This document shows positions 11,995-32,036 of a stretch of 64,000 bases of DNA, piece by piece. Where the stretch lies: positions 3,361,801-3,425,800 of the forward strand of contig OZ316891.1 of NCBI GenBank assembly GCA_973895155.1. The letters run 5' to 3'. The position numbers and the translations under genes are program-made. The notes under the pieces were generated by a model. That model had not been told where the DNA came from, did no database searches, and worked only from the letters and a program-made list of their open reading frames with translations. This DNA is from Marsupella aquatica. Taxonomy: Eukaryota > Plantae > Marchantiophyta. The stretch's first letter is position 1. Each line of letters begins with the position of its first letter.

Positions 11995-12697
11995 GTAAGC
12001 TAGACCACATAAAGTTTTTGTTATAAACCAGGCCCCCTAGTACCTTTTAGATATATGATTCTTATGTGATGCCTAATTGCATGATCCATGGCTCCTTTAG
12101 CACTGCACTCATTGCACACTGCATCATAGTGCACGTAAGTTTACTCTTGACGACATTATGTATTATGTCTTCAAATAATTATAGGGTTGTAGAGAATTGG
12201 TTGCTATATGACAAAGTTTGTACAATGTTTCTAGTTTAGTTCTTGCAGATCTGCAAAATATTCCCTTTACACACAAGAGAGGTTTTATTGGTTTTCAATT
12301 TTTTACATGGCTGGAGGAGCTTTAGGGGGTCTCAATCATTTGCCTTTATTTTGAGATGTTGTCAATTTTTAATTGTGGAAGGAGGGGGGGCATTGGCATT
12401 TAGCAATTCTATATATATAGCCCCATTCTAGCCATTGACTCCATTGATGTTATTGTTGTTTAACACTTAGACAATGTTTGGAAGTTACAATAGGGGCAAG
12501 TCGCCAAAAGTGAAGGATCCTTGGTTCCTTCCACACTTAAGACAATTTGTGGGATGTGAGATGACAACACCTGTCTTTGTTCCACACTTGAACAAGTTAG
12601 GAACTTTGCACCAGGGTCAAATGCCCAAAAGTAGAGGATTCCTTCCAGACTAAGACAAAAGCACAATGAGGAACCTTAGAACATTTTGGAAAACCTT

Positions 12698-13621
12698 GAA
12701 GTATATGCTTGATGGGACCCCTCTCAAAAGAAATTTAGGTGATAGGACCTTATGAAAATTTTGTTACAAACTAGGACCCCTCTGACACTTTTGTGTCAGA
12801 TGTTCTTGTAAAGTTTCTATAAAGAGTTTTAGCTTGATATTATCACCAATAACAGCTACTATAAAGTTTAGAGTCAAACCATGTTGAATGACAAACTACA
12901 TTGGTGGAGGCACCGCGGAGTAATGGTGGCTGTCGGTCAAACTATGTACAAGTTCATAAATGACGACAATATGGTTAATGTCTTCAGGCTTGAATTTCTA
13001 CCATATCATCTGTCTTTAGGTTGCTATCTGATGCAACCTATGTACAGGGTTGCATGATGTTTGATGTTTTGATATTTCTCTTTGTTCTTTTGTCTAAGTA
13101 TGGAACAAATCCTCTACTTTTGGTCCTTGGTCCCTATCGCAATGTTCAAAAATTGTGCAAGTGTGGAATGAAGACAACATGGATGCTATCGCCTAACATC
13201 TAGACCCCAAATTTGTCTAAATCTGGAAGGAATCATGTATTTTTTACTCTTTTCTGTTTTCCCTTGTTGCAACTTCCAAAAATTGTTTAAGTGTGAAACA
13301 AAGACACCGTGGAGTTTGCAAGAACTAGACTAAATGTTTTGACTAAATGTTGTACACGCAAACCTGCAATGGTGGATGTTGTAATACTCTATAATCATGT
13401 GAAGACATAATCCATTATGTCATCAAACATAGATGTACACATGGTAGACTATGACAAAATGTAATCATGGGAAATGTACGTATTGTTGACCATGTAATTA
13501 GGCACCACATAAGAACCATGTTTGTAACAACTTTTTTGGGGGAGCCTAGTTTGTAACAAAAGTTTAGTAGGGGCCTGTCTCATAAATTTGTTTTGGCAAG
13601 GGTCCATCAAGCATATACCTT
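12698..13621. mobile_element. Non-autonomous Mutator-like (MULE) DNA transposon
   Basis: Imperfect TIRs of ~85-100 bp: gaagtatatgcttgatgggaccc...ttttgttacaaactagg on the left, cctagtttgtaacaaaag...gggtccatcaagcatatacctt on the right. Flanking direct repeat GGAAAACCTT at 12688-12697 and 13622-13631. Long TIRs with a 9-11 bp TSD are typical of MULEs. Confidence 0.8.
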
Positions 13622-16262
13622 GGAAAACCTTGTGCATAGCTTGCATGAAAGTAACCAAGGGATAATTGTGAGATAATATACATTGTATATAAACAATTTA
13701 TATAGTATCTAGGTCAGTTCAATAATGGCTTATTGTGGGAGAGAAAAGTAAAATTGAGTAAACATAAAATGAGAGCAGCAATTAATTTTGTTTTTGTTTT
13801 TTGTGCTATTTGTGTTTTTTTTTAAAACTTTTAATTGGGAGAAGGATGGGCACTAACCACAGGTGGCAACTGAACGGTTTTAATCCTTTAGGATGGTCCT
13901 CTTTGAACCTCCTTTGTTTTCCCTTCATTGTACTTTGTTATTCACTTATGTATAGAGTACTTTAAGGGGAGAAATCAAAAAAATTGCTAATTAAATAGAA
14001 AACCAGACAATCTACTGGAAAACACTGATATATCAATCACAACCCATCCAAAGGTTATTTACCTTTACCCCCTTTTCACCCCTTTCTTTGTTTAGTTGAA
14101 ATGTTATTTTTCAGTTTTCCTTTGTTTTTACAGTTACCAGGTCTAATTGTTTTTCTTTGACTTATTTTAAACACACATAATTTTTTTGGTACTTTTTGCA
14201 TAAAGAACCTCTTGTTTGTGACCAATAGTGCTGATGTGGCTGCATGTGCTTCCAGGGATTTTGGAAAGAACTTCAATTAATGTAAGTACAAGATTAGAAT
14301 AGGTTAGGTGTGACATTAATTAAGCACTTAGCCAAGATTAGCACAAAATATCAGCAATTTACTAGATCTGATTTTTATAGCTATGAAAAACCATAAATGC
14401 CTCATACTTTGGCATGCTACTAGTGGGGTGTCATTGGTACATGTACCTCCATCGGTTGGATCAAATAGGAGAAAGAAATGTCACATGGGTACAAATCACT
14501 GATGAGAGGGTAATTTCTTTTGGTTCTTGCTGATGCTATCGCAACTCACACGACAAAAGGTGCAATTGTTGACAACACAATGCCCAACTTGAGCGGTTCA
14601 GAATTTGCAATTGGCCTCAATTATGAATGGAAAAGGCCCAAAAAGACCAAAGCTGTAGGTGCACTAGTCTCGTATGTGGGCTATAAAACTGAGCTCTAAT
14701 ATCCAGAAAAGTTAACGCACTGGCACTACAAGTGTTCAAACAGGTGCATTTTTTGACCGTCCCTCAGTCATATACACCCTCATCACAAGTCTTTGAAGAC
14801 TCAGACAACCCTACAGCTCAGACTATTGCTTGGAACAAAGCTAAAGATTACTGAAGTCTCTTTGTGTTTGGAGCTCGCCAAATTGTTGTGGCACTTCAAA
14901 TCATGCATAGACCCTCATTACGGACCCCACTAGGGGTTTCTTGCAAATTTCCTGGCACGAGGAAGTGCCACATCACCATAGACGATGACAAAGAGGACAC
15001 AACTGTTTTGTGGAAAACATAGTGCCCAAATCCTGTTTGTGGCAACAAGGTCACCATGCCCTTAGTCCTAAAAGTAAAAGTAAAATTAAAGTAATAAAAA
15101 TACAAAAAAAGAAAAGGGGTCAATTTTTAAAACACTAACGTTTTAGTTATCCTTTCTTTTTATTAAAAAGAAAAGATAAATTCTCAATATTGGCAACAAA
15201 TAAAATGGTTGCCAAAAGCGTAACGAACTCTGAATTTCAAGTTTTTTGCACTCGCACTGTGAAAGCAAAAGTACGGGTTTATTGTGTTAGTGAGAAGCAG
15301 ACTTTTCTGGTAGTTCCATTGTTTTTGTTCCAGGATACGGAGAAGAATCAATCTAGATTTAATCGTGAGAGATGTGCAGCATGCATAATGACAGTCTTGC
15401 TTGAGCTCTGCAAACAACTTGTCGTTCAGTAGACATGGGTTCTCAGATTGTGTGAAGCCTAATTTGCAAGTCTTGGTTGGATAGGAAGGAGCGGTCTAGC
15501 CTCACCTACGTGTGATAATTGTCGAGTCCACTAGTTCCGTTTTTGCCACCGTAACTATGCAAATAAACGGGATTAATTTTGTGTGGTGCAGAAATTGTCC
15601 GGACCAGAGTAATGTTGTTGGTGTTGGTATTTGCAATGTGCTTTTCCCAAAAAAGATTGTCTAGATTTATGAGTCCATAATCCATTAGGGCCTAGAGGTT
15701 CAATGGTTCCTGGAGGAACGAGTAATTACATCAAACCCACTTACTGTAACAGTGAGGTCACCATAGACTAAGATCCAGATACAGAGCTTTAGAGGAAACA
15801 TAACACAAACTGATCCATATTGTAGACATACCAGGGCTTTTGAAGAGAACCGTGTACCACAAGCCCACTCCTCCATCACCTAGAGGTGGACTTGACATGA
15901 AGGCTGTTCAAAACAAAAAGAAGTAAACGCGTAGTGGTTATGATCTGGAATTTAGTTTTTACATTTGAGAAGGTTCACATGTGGTGCCTAAAGCCTGGAA
16001 CTCTGCCACAAGCGTCGCCCAAATTTACAGACTAATTTTATAGAGACGCTGAATCGTCCAAGATTCCTTCATGTCATCCCTGTCTCCCAAAAGCAAACAT
16101 TCATCACTATGGATTGAAGCAAAATACCTATTAAAATTTTCCTAAGTCTCTTCCTTGCGCAAGGGGTGGCCATCAACACTATCTTGTCTGTCCCTTGCCC
16201 TCCAGGCCATGTCAGACAAAGGCAATCATGTCCTAGGCAGCTCCAGCATATCCTTTCCAACG

Positions 16263-24694
<8,432 letters not shown>

Positions 24695-27151
24695 GGGGCG
24701 CTGCTAGCTTTAATTTTAACTGACTCACTTGCGTTCATTCCTGCAATCGCGTTGGTAACAGAGATCAGTGACCTTCCAGAGCATTCTGCAGAATATAGCT
24801 TGTACCACGTGGAAACAAATTCAACTTTTGACCAGGTGAAATAAATCGGGTCTCCATTTTGAAAATTAAGTGAAGCTCAACACAAGTGAAATTTCTATCT
24901 TCACTGAATTGCGTTAGCATACTGTTTGCAAGGCAGCGTTTGGGCCATTCAAAATATGGGTTTATTTCTCTGACCAAGACAACTACAGCAGCTGTTTATA
25001 TCAGGATTTACACTGTCAATGAGTCAGACGACGAAGCATTAAGACTACAGAGAGAATGCATTAGCTCATAAGCGACCCTATAGCCCTTCACAATGAATCG
25101 CGAGTTTGACTATTACCCGTTGGAGATGGAGAAGGCATCTTATGCAGTGCGATTTTCTCAGATCTCCAACACCTATCGAGGGAAATTTTATAAACTCCTG
25201 CTTTGACAGTAAACAAAACCCCTGCTAATCATCGGACTATATGTAGAAGTTCCCTCCATCGACGCCACAAAAACCTTCAGAAGAGCTAGTTAGGCAAAGT
25301 TCTACTGGTCACTACTCAGGAACTTTCCACAATGACTCGAATTTACGCCTTTCTCTGTTTCTCCTTGAACTTGAAGATCGTCAAAGCTAGGCCCCTGTTT
25401 ATTTTCCACCCGCGCTCTCATCATTCACATCAGTTTCGTCCAAAGCTCTGAAGCGGGCGTCTGGCCCCGCACGGAAATGTCCTTTTAAAACCTGAGCTCG
25501 CTATGCCGGATCCCATAATGTAATTTCTTCGATCATGGCAATGTTAATGTATTTCCTTCTTACAATTATCGCTCCTGGGTGTCACGATGAGGACAGAACA
25601 GAGGAAATTGCTTTCTCCTCCCTCCAAAAGCGTTTCTGAGGAGACAGGCATCCAAAGTGTGGAACAAAACTATGACCCCACAAGTATACCAAAAAATAAG
25701 CTTGCCAAAGAAAAGAGTTAAATACCAGATGTTGTGGCAAAAGCGCTCAAGCTAGAGGCCCCGAGATCACTTGTGCGATCTCACCGACAATGCCAGTCTT
25801 GCGGTCACCACAATTGTCTCAGAATATGCCACCATGAAAATCACGTCGACTGAACCCAGAAGCCCATATTATTAGTGTCTAATCGTCTATGGGTGCTCCG
25901 ACACGAGACTCCCGTTAGTCTTCGTCTAGAAAAGAATTAAGTCAAACAAATAATGTCCCTTCCTGAAAAAAATTATGAGAGTGTTTTTCGCCCGTATCTC
26001 TTTCATCTCTCTGTCTCTCAAACACCCTCGCCCCCCGTTCCAGTGAGCATTATGGCTCTGTCCCGTGCGCAAATCCTCCCTCCCCGCCCTCAAAAAATCG
26101 GTCCATCACACAACACCTCTGGACCAAAAATTCTCTCTACCGAAAAATCACTTGTACAAAAGAATCTCTCGATCAAAGAATGTCTTCCATACCACTTCCC
26201 CGATCAAAGAATGTCGTCCATACCACTTCCTCTCTAGCCGTCGCTCCACGTGACCCACGTGCGAGAGATTCGAGATCACCTGGGCATAGACTCGCCCAAG
26301 TTCCGACTCTAGTCCCCTCTCAACGCTCACTGAGGAGAGCAGAATCACAGCGTCACTGTAGAAGTAGCTGTACAGGAAACCATTCAGTTCTCGGAATTCC
26401 GGGGGGCCCGCGGGAGCAATTTGCGAGCTCGTGCACACACATCCATTGCAATCCAACATGTCCAATTCTAGTCACACTCTCTCCTCAGTCCAGTCGACGC
26501 GACTGTATGATTGAGCGGCACGAGGGATTGGAGAGACGTAAACGCAACAACAAAATCAATCCAGCACGACAGATTGCGAAGACGTAAACGCAACAACAAC
26601 AATTACAGCAATCCAGCCAGCGAACTGACAATTACCACAGTACTGGAGGAAGAGCCCTTCAGTTCAGTTGGCATTGCCGGTCCATGATTGGAGTCCCAAA
26701 TTTTTATGAAGGCGCAGCTCCTATGTCGCTTGTCAAGCTATAGAATAAAGATGGTATTGACAGTTGGGAAATAGAAGTTCCAGGAAATCAATTGGGGCTA
26801 CAAATTTATGAAGGCCCATCTCGAAGGCAGCAAACATAACATGGGGGTCCGTGGGTTGAAGCTACTGTGCTACTAGAGCTGTTCATTGACCCATATTTAT
26901 TACATTGCTATCAGAGTTACTAGCCTGATTTTCTTGCACGTAAATAGAGACAGAGACGAGGAGGAAAAACATCCCCACCCTTCTCCCAAGAAAAAAGTAA
27001 TACTACACACAGTTCTCCCTAGGAAAAGGCAAAAGAAATCAAATAAATAAAAGAAGACAAACAAAGTAAAAAACCAACAAAAGAAGTGCAATAAACACAA
27101 ACTACAAATGAATTGAATGTTTCTCTCATCTTCGTCTTACATAAATTAGGG

Positions 27152-27277
27152 ACGAGACTCAAGATCGAGGCTAATCAATGTGATTAGCCCGTACTCAATT
27201 TTTTTTTGACTCACCCGGGCTTGTATGCGGGCAGTTACGTATGGAGGCTCTTATTGAGCCTCGAGCTTGAGTTTCGT
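27152..27277. mobile_element. Small MITE-like inverted-repeat element
   Basis: 21-bp terminal inverted repeat acgagactcaagatcgaggct / agcctcgagcttgagtttcgt with 2 mismatches. No clear TSD. Confidence 0.55.
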
Positions 27278-28401
27278 AGTAAATTTACATAAGTGATGAT
27301 GATCTTGTCTCAAATATAATAATATAGAGTATAAAATGGATTGGGACCTCTTTAGAACAAGTGAACCCTATTGGAGTCCAGTATTGCAATAAATATGTAT
27401 GTTTGACAAAAAGTATATTGGGGGCCTTTATTGGGCCCCCATCACATAGCTGAACATAGTTGAACCAATAATGTCTGGAGTGGACGGAAGTCAATGAGGT
27501 GCATGGGCTTTCGCTTGTCTGGTTTCTATATAAACCTCCAGAGGTGTGAAAATGGGCAGGCCGTTTTCTCCTACGATTCCTGCTTTGGATTGGTCTAGAG
27601 TCCTACTGTACACAAAAAGTTGGGCTCTGATACAGCCCTGGTAGAAAGCACTCAAAGTTGCCGTGCCCGTCTTGTAAAGTGGCCCTTAGTCACCTTTCTC
27701 CCACTCCTGGTTAAGCAAAGAATTTTGGCAACTTTGGAATGAACCACTGGTCTCAACTGTAAGGCCCATTTGACTAGTCAAGAAATATTCCTTGAATTCA
27801 AAATGGCATTGGGACATTCCTTTGCAATATCTGTGAAACTGAATCATTTTGAAAAATATGATAGTATAATCAATGGATTCAAGATAGTATTGGGGATATG
27901 GGGAATAAGAGTTGGTCTGGTTCATGATTGGGGTCTCAAATTTAGGATCCTCTAGCATGTCAACCAAATCTTCCTTGAATTCAATACACTCTTGGGGCAT
28001 GGGAAATACTCTACAAAGTGAGAAGGATTCATTTTGGATTGTATTTTGTTGTGGCCGGTGTAAAATCAGCACATAGGATTTGTTTCCAAGCACTAAGTTT
28101 TGAGGAGTCTTTGGCTCTAGCATTTGTGCATAGTTATATTCATGATCATTTAAAAACTAATCTGGAGCAAGCTCAATAGAGCCTTCTTATGACATTAAAT
28201 ATTTTCACATGCCAGGAGCTCTTTCTGAGGCGAGAGTAATAATTTTCTGTGTAAGAGGTCACTACTGTAGTGTACCTGGGGTAGAAATAACATGTTTATA
28301 ACCCCGTTTATAACACCCAAATATATAATATTCCTTTATGTATATCTTTTGTAAAGTAAAATAGACAATTTAAAGTCCAAAGCTAAAATATTTATGAACT
28401 A

Positions 28402-28745
28402 CCAGCCCAATGCCCATACATTGCACAGAAGATGTCAAGGTGAGAAAAAGTGGCTGACATGAGAAAAAAATTCAAAATATTTATAAAAAAGCGATGTCAA
28501 GGTGAGGAAAAGATGTTGAGGCAAAAAAAGATGTCAAGGATGTGGGAGGGTGAGAGTAAGCTTATGGCCCAGCGCAAGGGAGGGGATGGCCCCCAGGCTA
28601 TGCAGGTCAAGGTATGATTGCACAGCAAGGCAAAGATGATTAGGCAAAAAAAAGATGTCAAAGATGTGGGAGGGTGAGAGGGAGCCCAAGGGAGGGGATC
28701 GACCCCATGCTTTGCGGGGTCAAGGTATGATTGCACAATGCTATT
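28402..28745 (-). mobile_element. Degenerate non-autonomous Helitron (3' end and internal repeats)
   Basis: Minus strand ends ...gtgcaatgtatgggcattgggCTGG|T, a decayed hairpin plus CTRR. It is followed by the aaagatgtcaaggtgag repeats shared with the copies at 34071 and 57643. The 5' end was not located. Confidence 0.6.
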
Positions 28746-29195
28746 GGGCAAGGAACGTTTTCATTGCTTCCCCCCTTTTTCCTATTTCGATCATTAATCA
28801 ATGATTGCCTTTTGGTCAATTTGGCAACTTGTGGGGGTAGTTTTGGTAGGTTTTTTATTTGTAATGATTGTCTTTTGTTCAATTTGGCAATTATGTGAGA
28901 GTAATGTGTTCATTTTCACTTTAGTAACCAAGGATTGCGTGTTTGTAACTTTGGCAGCTTATGGGGGATATTCTGATAATTTTTTCACTGGTAATCAATG
29001 AGTGCCTTTTGGTAAATCTGGCACCTTGGGGTAATTTGGTAATTTGACCGCTGGTAATCAATATCTCGAGACGAAGAGATCACGAAGAATAGAACGAGCC
29101 GTGAAGGCTTTCACCCTCCTTCGTAAGGCTGAGGCAGTTGGTTTTAGGGCCTCCCATCAGGTTCCGCTTTGGGACCCTCATTTGCAGTTTATTCC

Positions 29196-29565
29196 GGAAC
29201 TCTACAAGACTTTTCAGTTACCCTCTGCAATTTACTCCTGAACTCTACTAGACTTTTCAGTTACCTTCCTTTGGAGTTTACTGTGGAACTCTACTAGACT
29301 TTTCAGTTACCCTCCTTTGCAGTTTACTTGAGAACTCTACTAGACTTTTCAGTTCTCCCCACTCCTTGTAGTTTTTTCAGTTACCCTCCTTTGCAGTTTA
29401 CTTGAGAACTCTACTAGACTTTTCAGTTCTCCCCTCTCCTTTGCAGTTTTTTCAGTTACCCTCCTTTGCAGTTCAATCGAGAACTCTACTAGACTTTTCA
29501 CTTCTCCCCTCTCCTTTGCAGTTTACTCCAGAACTCTACTAGACTTTTCTGTTCTCCCTCTCCCC
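29196..29565. repeat. Imperfect minisatellite (~44-bp unit plus shorter sub-units)
   Basis: Repeated gaactctactagacttttcagtt(a)ccctcctttgcagtttact, about 7 full cores plus partial units. Confidence 0.9.
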
Positions 29566-31571
29566 TCAGGAGGGCTCTTTTATAGGTTACATTTTAGTGT
29601 GCTTTTGGTTAGGGACCTTGGCTTATTTTTTCTTGGGGCCCTTTCCCACTCTTTTACTCCCCTTCATTGGGTTGGTTTATCTTTGGTATCTTGTCTCCCG
29701 GTTTGGCGTTTTTGGCCCTTGGGCACTGTGATATAGAGTGAGGAAGTCGTCGTATCGTCGATCTCCACACAGGAGTAACAGCCGAGGACATGAAACTCGC
29801 GGAGAACCGTCCGCCACTTCTTCCCCACCACATCAACAGGAAAGAGGAGCTCTTCAGGAATCCGAAGCTGCGTTTGGTCTATTCTGTCACGCATTTCATC
29901 ACGAGGTACTCTCTTCCTCTCTCCACTTCGACTGTTTGCGTATCGTTACTTCTGCTCGCTGTTTGAAGGCTCTGCACTGATTTTCCAGTTTTGAAGAGTC
30001 GTTTGAATTAGTGTTGTTGGAATCGTGCCGTATGTGATGGTATCCCAGTTTTATGTATATTGTCTGTCCCCACTATCGACTCAATTGGAGTAGAGGACCA
30101 ATTCTTTACTCCAATTACTGTTCCTCTTGTTTTCTCCAGTTTGTCTAGATCTGTCATCCTACCATGTTTTCCGTAAGAAGTCTTCACACTTATATTCCAA
30201 TTCAATTGAGTCATCGGAATCCGTATTGGTGAATGATTTGTTCTCAGGTTGTGTGTTGGATTTGGAGCTAGACTATGATATGGTATGTTTGTCTTGCTGT
30301 CCATCACAAGCTGGTATTACTGATTGTCTTTCCCTCAGCTGGCGTGCTGAGTCACTTTCAAGACTGAGAATGCTCCGACTCCAGCACGAAGAATGGATGT
30401 TTTGGTTTTGCAAGGATGGGAGCTCCATTGCAAGGATTGGAGCTCCATGTACCGTCTGTCATTCTGTTGAAAATACACATTGATCATACATATGCAGGTT
30501 ATTCTCCTCCCGTCATTCTTCCAAAGCCCTAGCCGCTGGATTTTGACGTTTGACGTCACCTTTCTCGAATCTCGTTCACATTATCAAAGTCAACTTTCGG
30601 GCAGTCTTGAATGAGCACTGTATTTCCTAGATAGAGCTAAAGAATGCGGCAGCGAATTCCCTGTTGTCATCCTGAACATTCACTTACGTTCCATACCGCC
30701 CAATGAAAATCAGATGACGAGTATTCGTGTGTCATTGGAGCCTCCAGACTATCATGCTCCACAGCCGGAGCTCATAGGAACAACGTAAACATTTCCTGAA
30801 ATTACGGCGAGTGAGGCAGAATCGATTCATTGTGAAACTCGAATCGAATCTAATATAATTTTCACTGTGCACGGGCCCTTTATTCTGTTCCAACGGCTGC
30901 TTACATCGGAGACGCCACGCTGATGAACTGAAATTCCATTTGTAATGAAGCAATCCTAGGTGCCGCCCATCGGCGACGATTAGAGTTTCCACTCATTCGA
31001 ACCTCGAGACCGGGTAGCGAAGCACGTATGCAACGTGCAATGTGATTGAGCCGAAGTTGTTCAGCTGGGCATTGATTGGGCCCTTAATGCAGCGATGTTG
31101 GAAGTGGCTGATATTGTTGTTGATAAGTGCTAGTTCAGATGAACTAGCACTTACTTACGACCGACATAGCCAAAGATCAATTGCACCGATAGCTGCGATT
31201 GCTAGTGACTGTTGTTCAACTCTTATCTAGTTCTTGCTTGTTCCAATCTTGACATCGCTGTCAGAAAACAAATTATATTCTCTGCCCAATTCCCGTCGCA
31301 TCTCAGTTCACTTGTCTCAGGTCAAGTGAAAAAACCTTTCCATGCAAATCACGATTTGCCAATCTCTCGGTTCGAGAGCCTTCAAGTCTTATCGTGTGGA
31401 GTAGGAAGGTGGTGACCATCAGAAGCCACGATCGTGGGAAACCAATAAGAATTGCCCTGGATTACTGTGGGACTGTATGGAAAGGTCAATGAAGAGTGTA
31501 AAACTCATGTTAAACAAACATCTATCTGGATCATTGCCCAGTCACTTCCGTTCTGGAGTCCTTGAGTCACT

Positions 31572-31705
31572 TTTTTTTTGCCTTCAAAAATCTTCTTTGA
31601 TTCCATTCAAAAATTCAGCATACAAAACAGGTCAACCAAAGGACTCATGAGTCCCTTCTGCTTTGTGCAAAACTCATAGAAAACACGTCCGCCTTGATCA
31701 ATCGC
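31572..31705 (-). mobile_element. Short 5'-truncated non-LTR retroelement (LINE 3' tail)
   Basis: Minus strand ends ttttgtatgctg...ttgaatggaatc...gaaggc(A)n. Flanked by direct repeat TGAGTCACT at 31563-31571 and 31706-31714. The tail resembles the one at 35632. Confidence 0.6.
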
Positions 31706-31750
31706 TGAGTCACTCATCCACTACGAAAGGCAATCGCGAGGCTAGAGTAC

Positions 31751-31986
31751 TACCTCCCTGCATTTCATCTGAGCCCATATTTTTTCTAAGTGTTAATAGA
31801 AATGAATTAACCTCACTTACCTCCCTGCATTTCTGAGCCCATATATTTCTAAGTGTTAATAGAAATGAATGAAACTGGCTTTTGGGTGGGGTGAATGTTA
31901 AAACACTTTTGGGTGAGCATGATTCTAACCTAACATGATTCTAACATTTTGGGTGAGCATGATTCTAACCAAGCATGATTCTAACA
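31751..31986. repeat. Local tandem duplications
   Basis: A ~55-bp segment tacctccctgcatttc...gtgttaatagaaatgaat occurs twice (31751, 31818). It is followed by repeated (ttttgggtgag)catgattctaac units. Confidence 0.8.
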
Positions 31987-32036
31987 TGCATGGGACCTGC
32001 CCAACCCCACTGAAGAGATCTACCACATAACCTGAG

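Noticed and set aside
29196-29565. CRISPR-like regularly spaced gaactctactagacttttcag repeats
   Set aside because: The intervening sequences are variants of one another, so this is a minisatellite rather than unique spacers.
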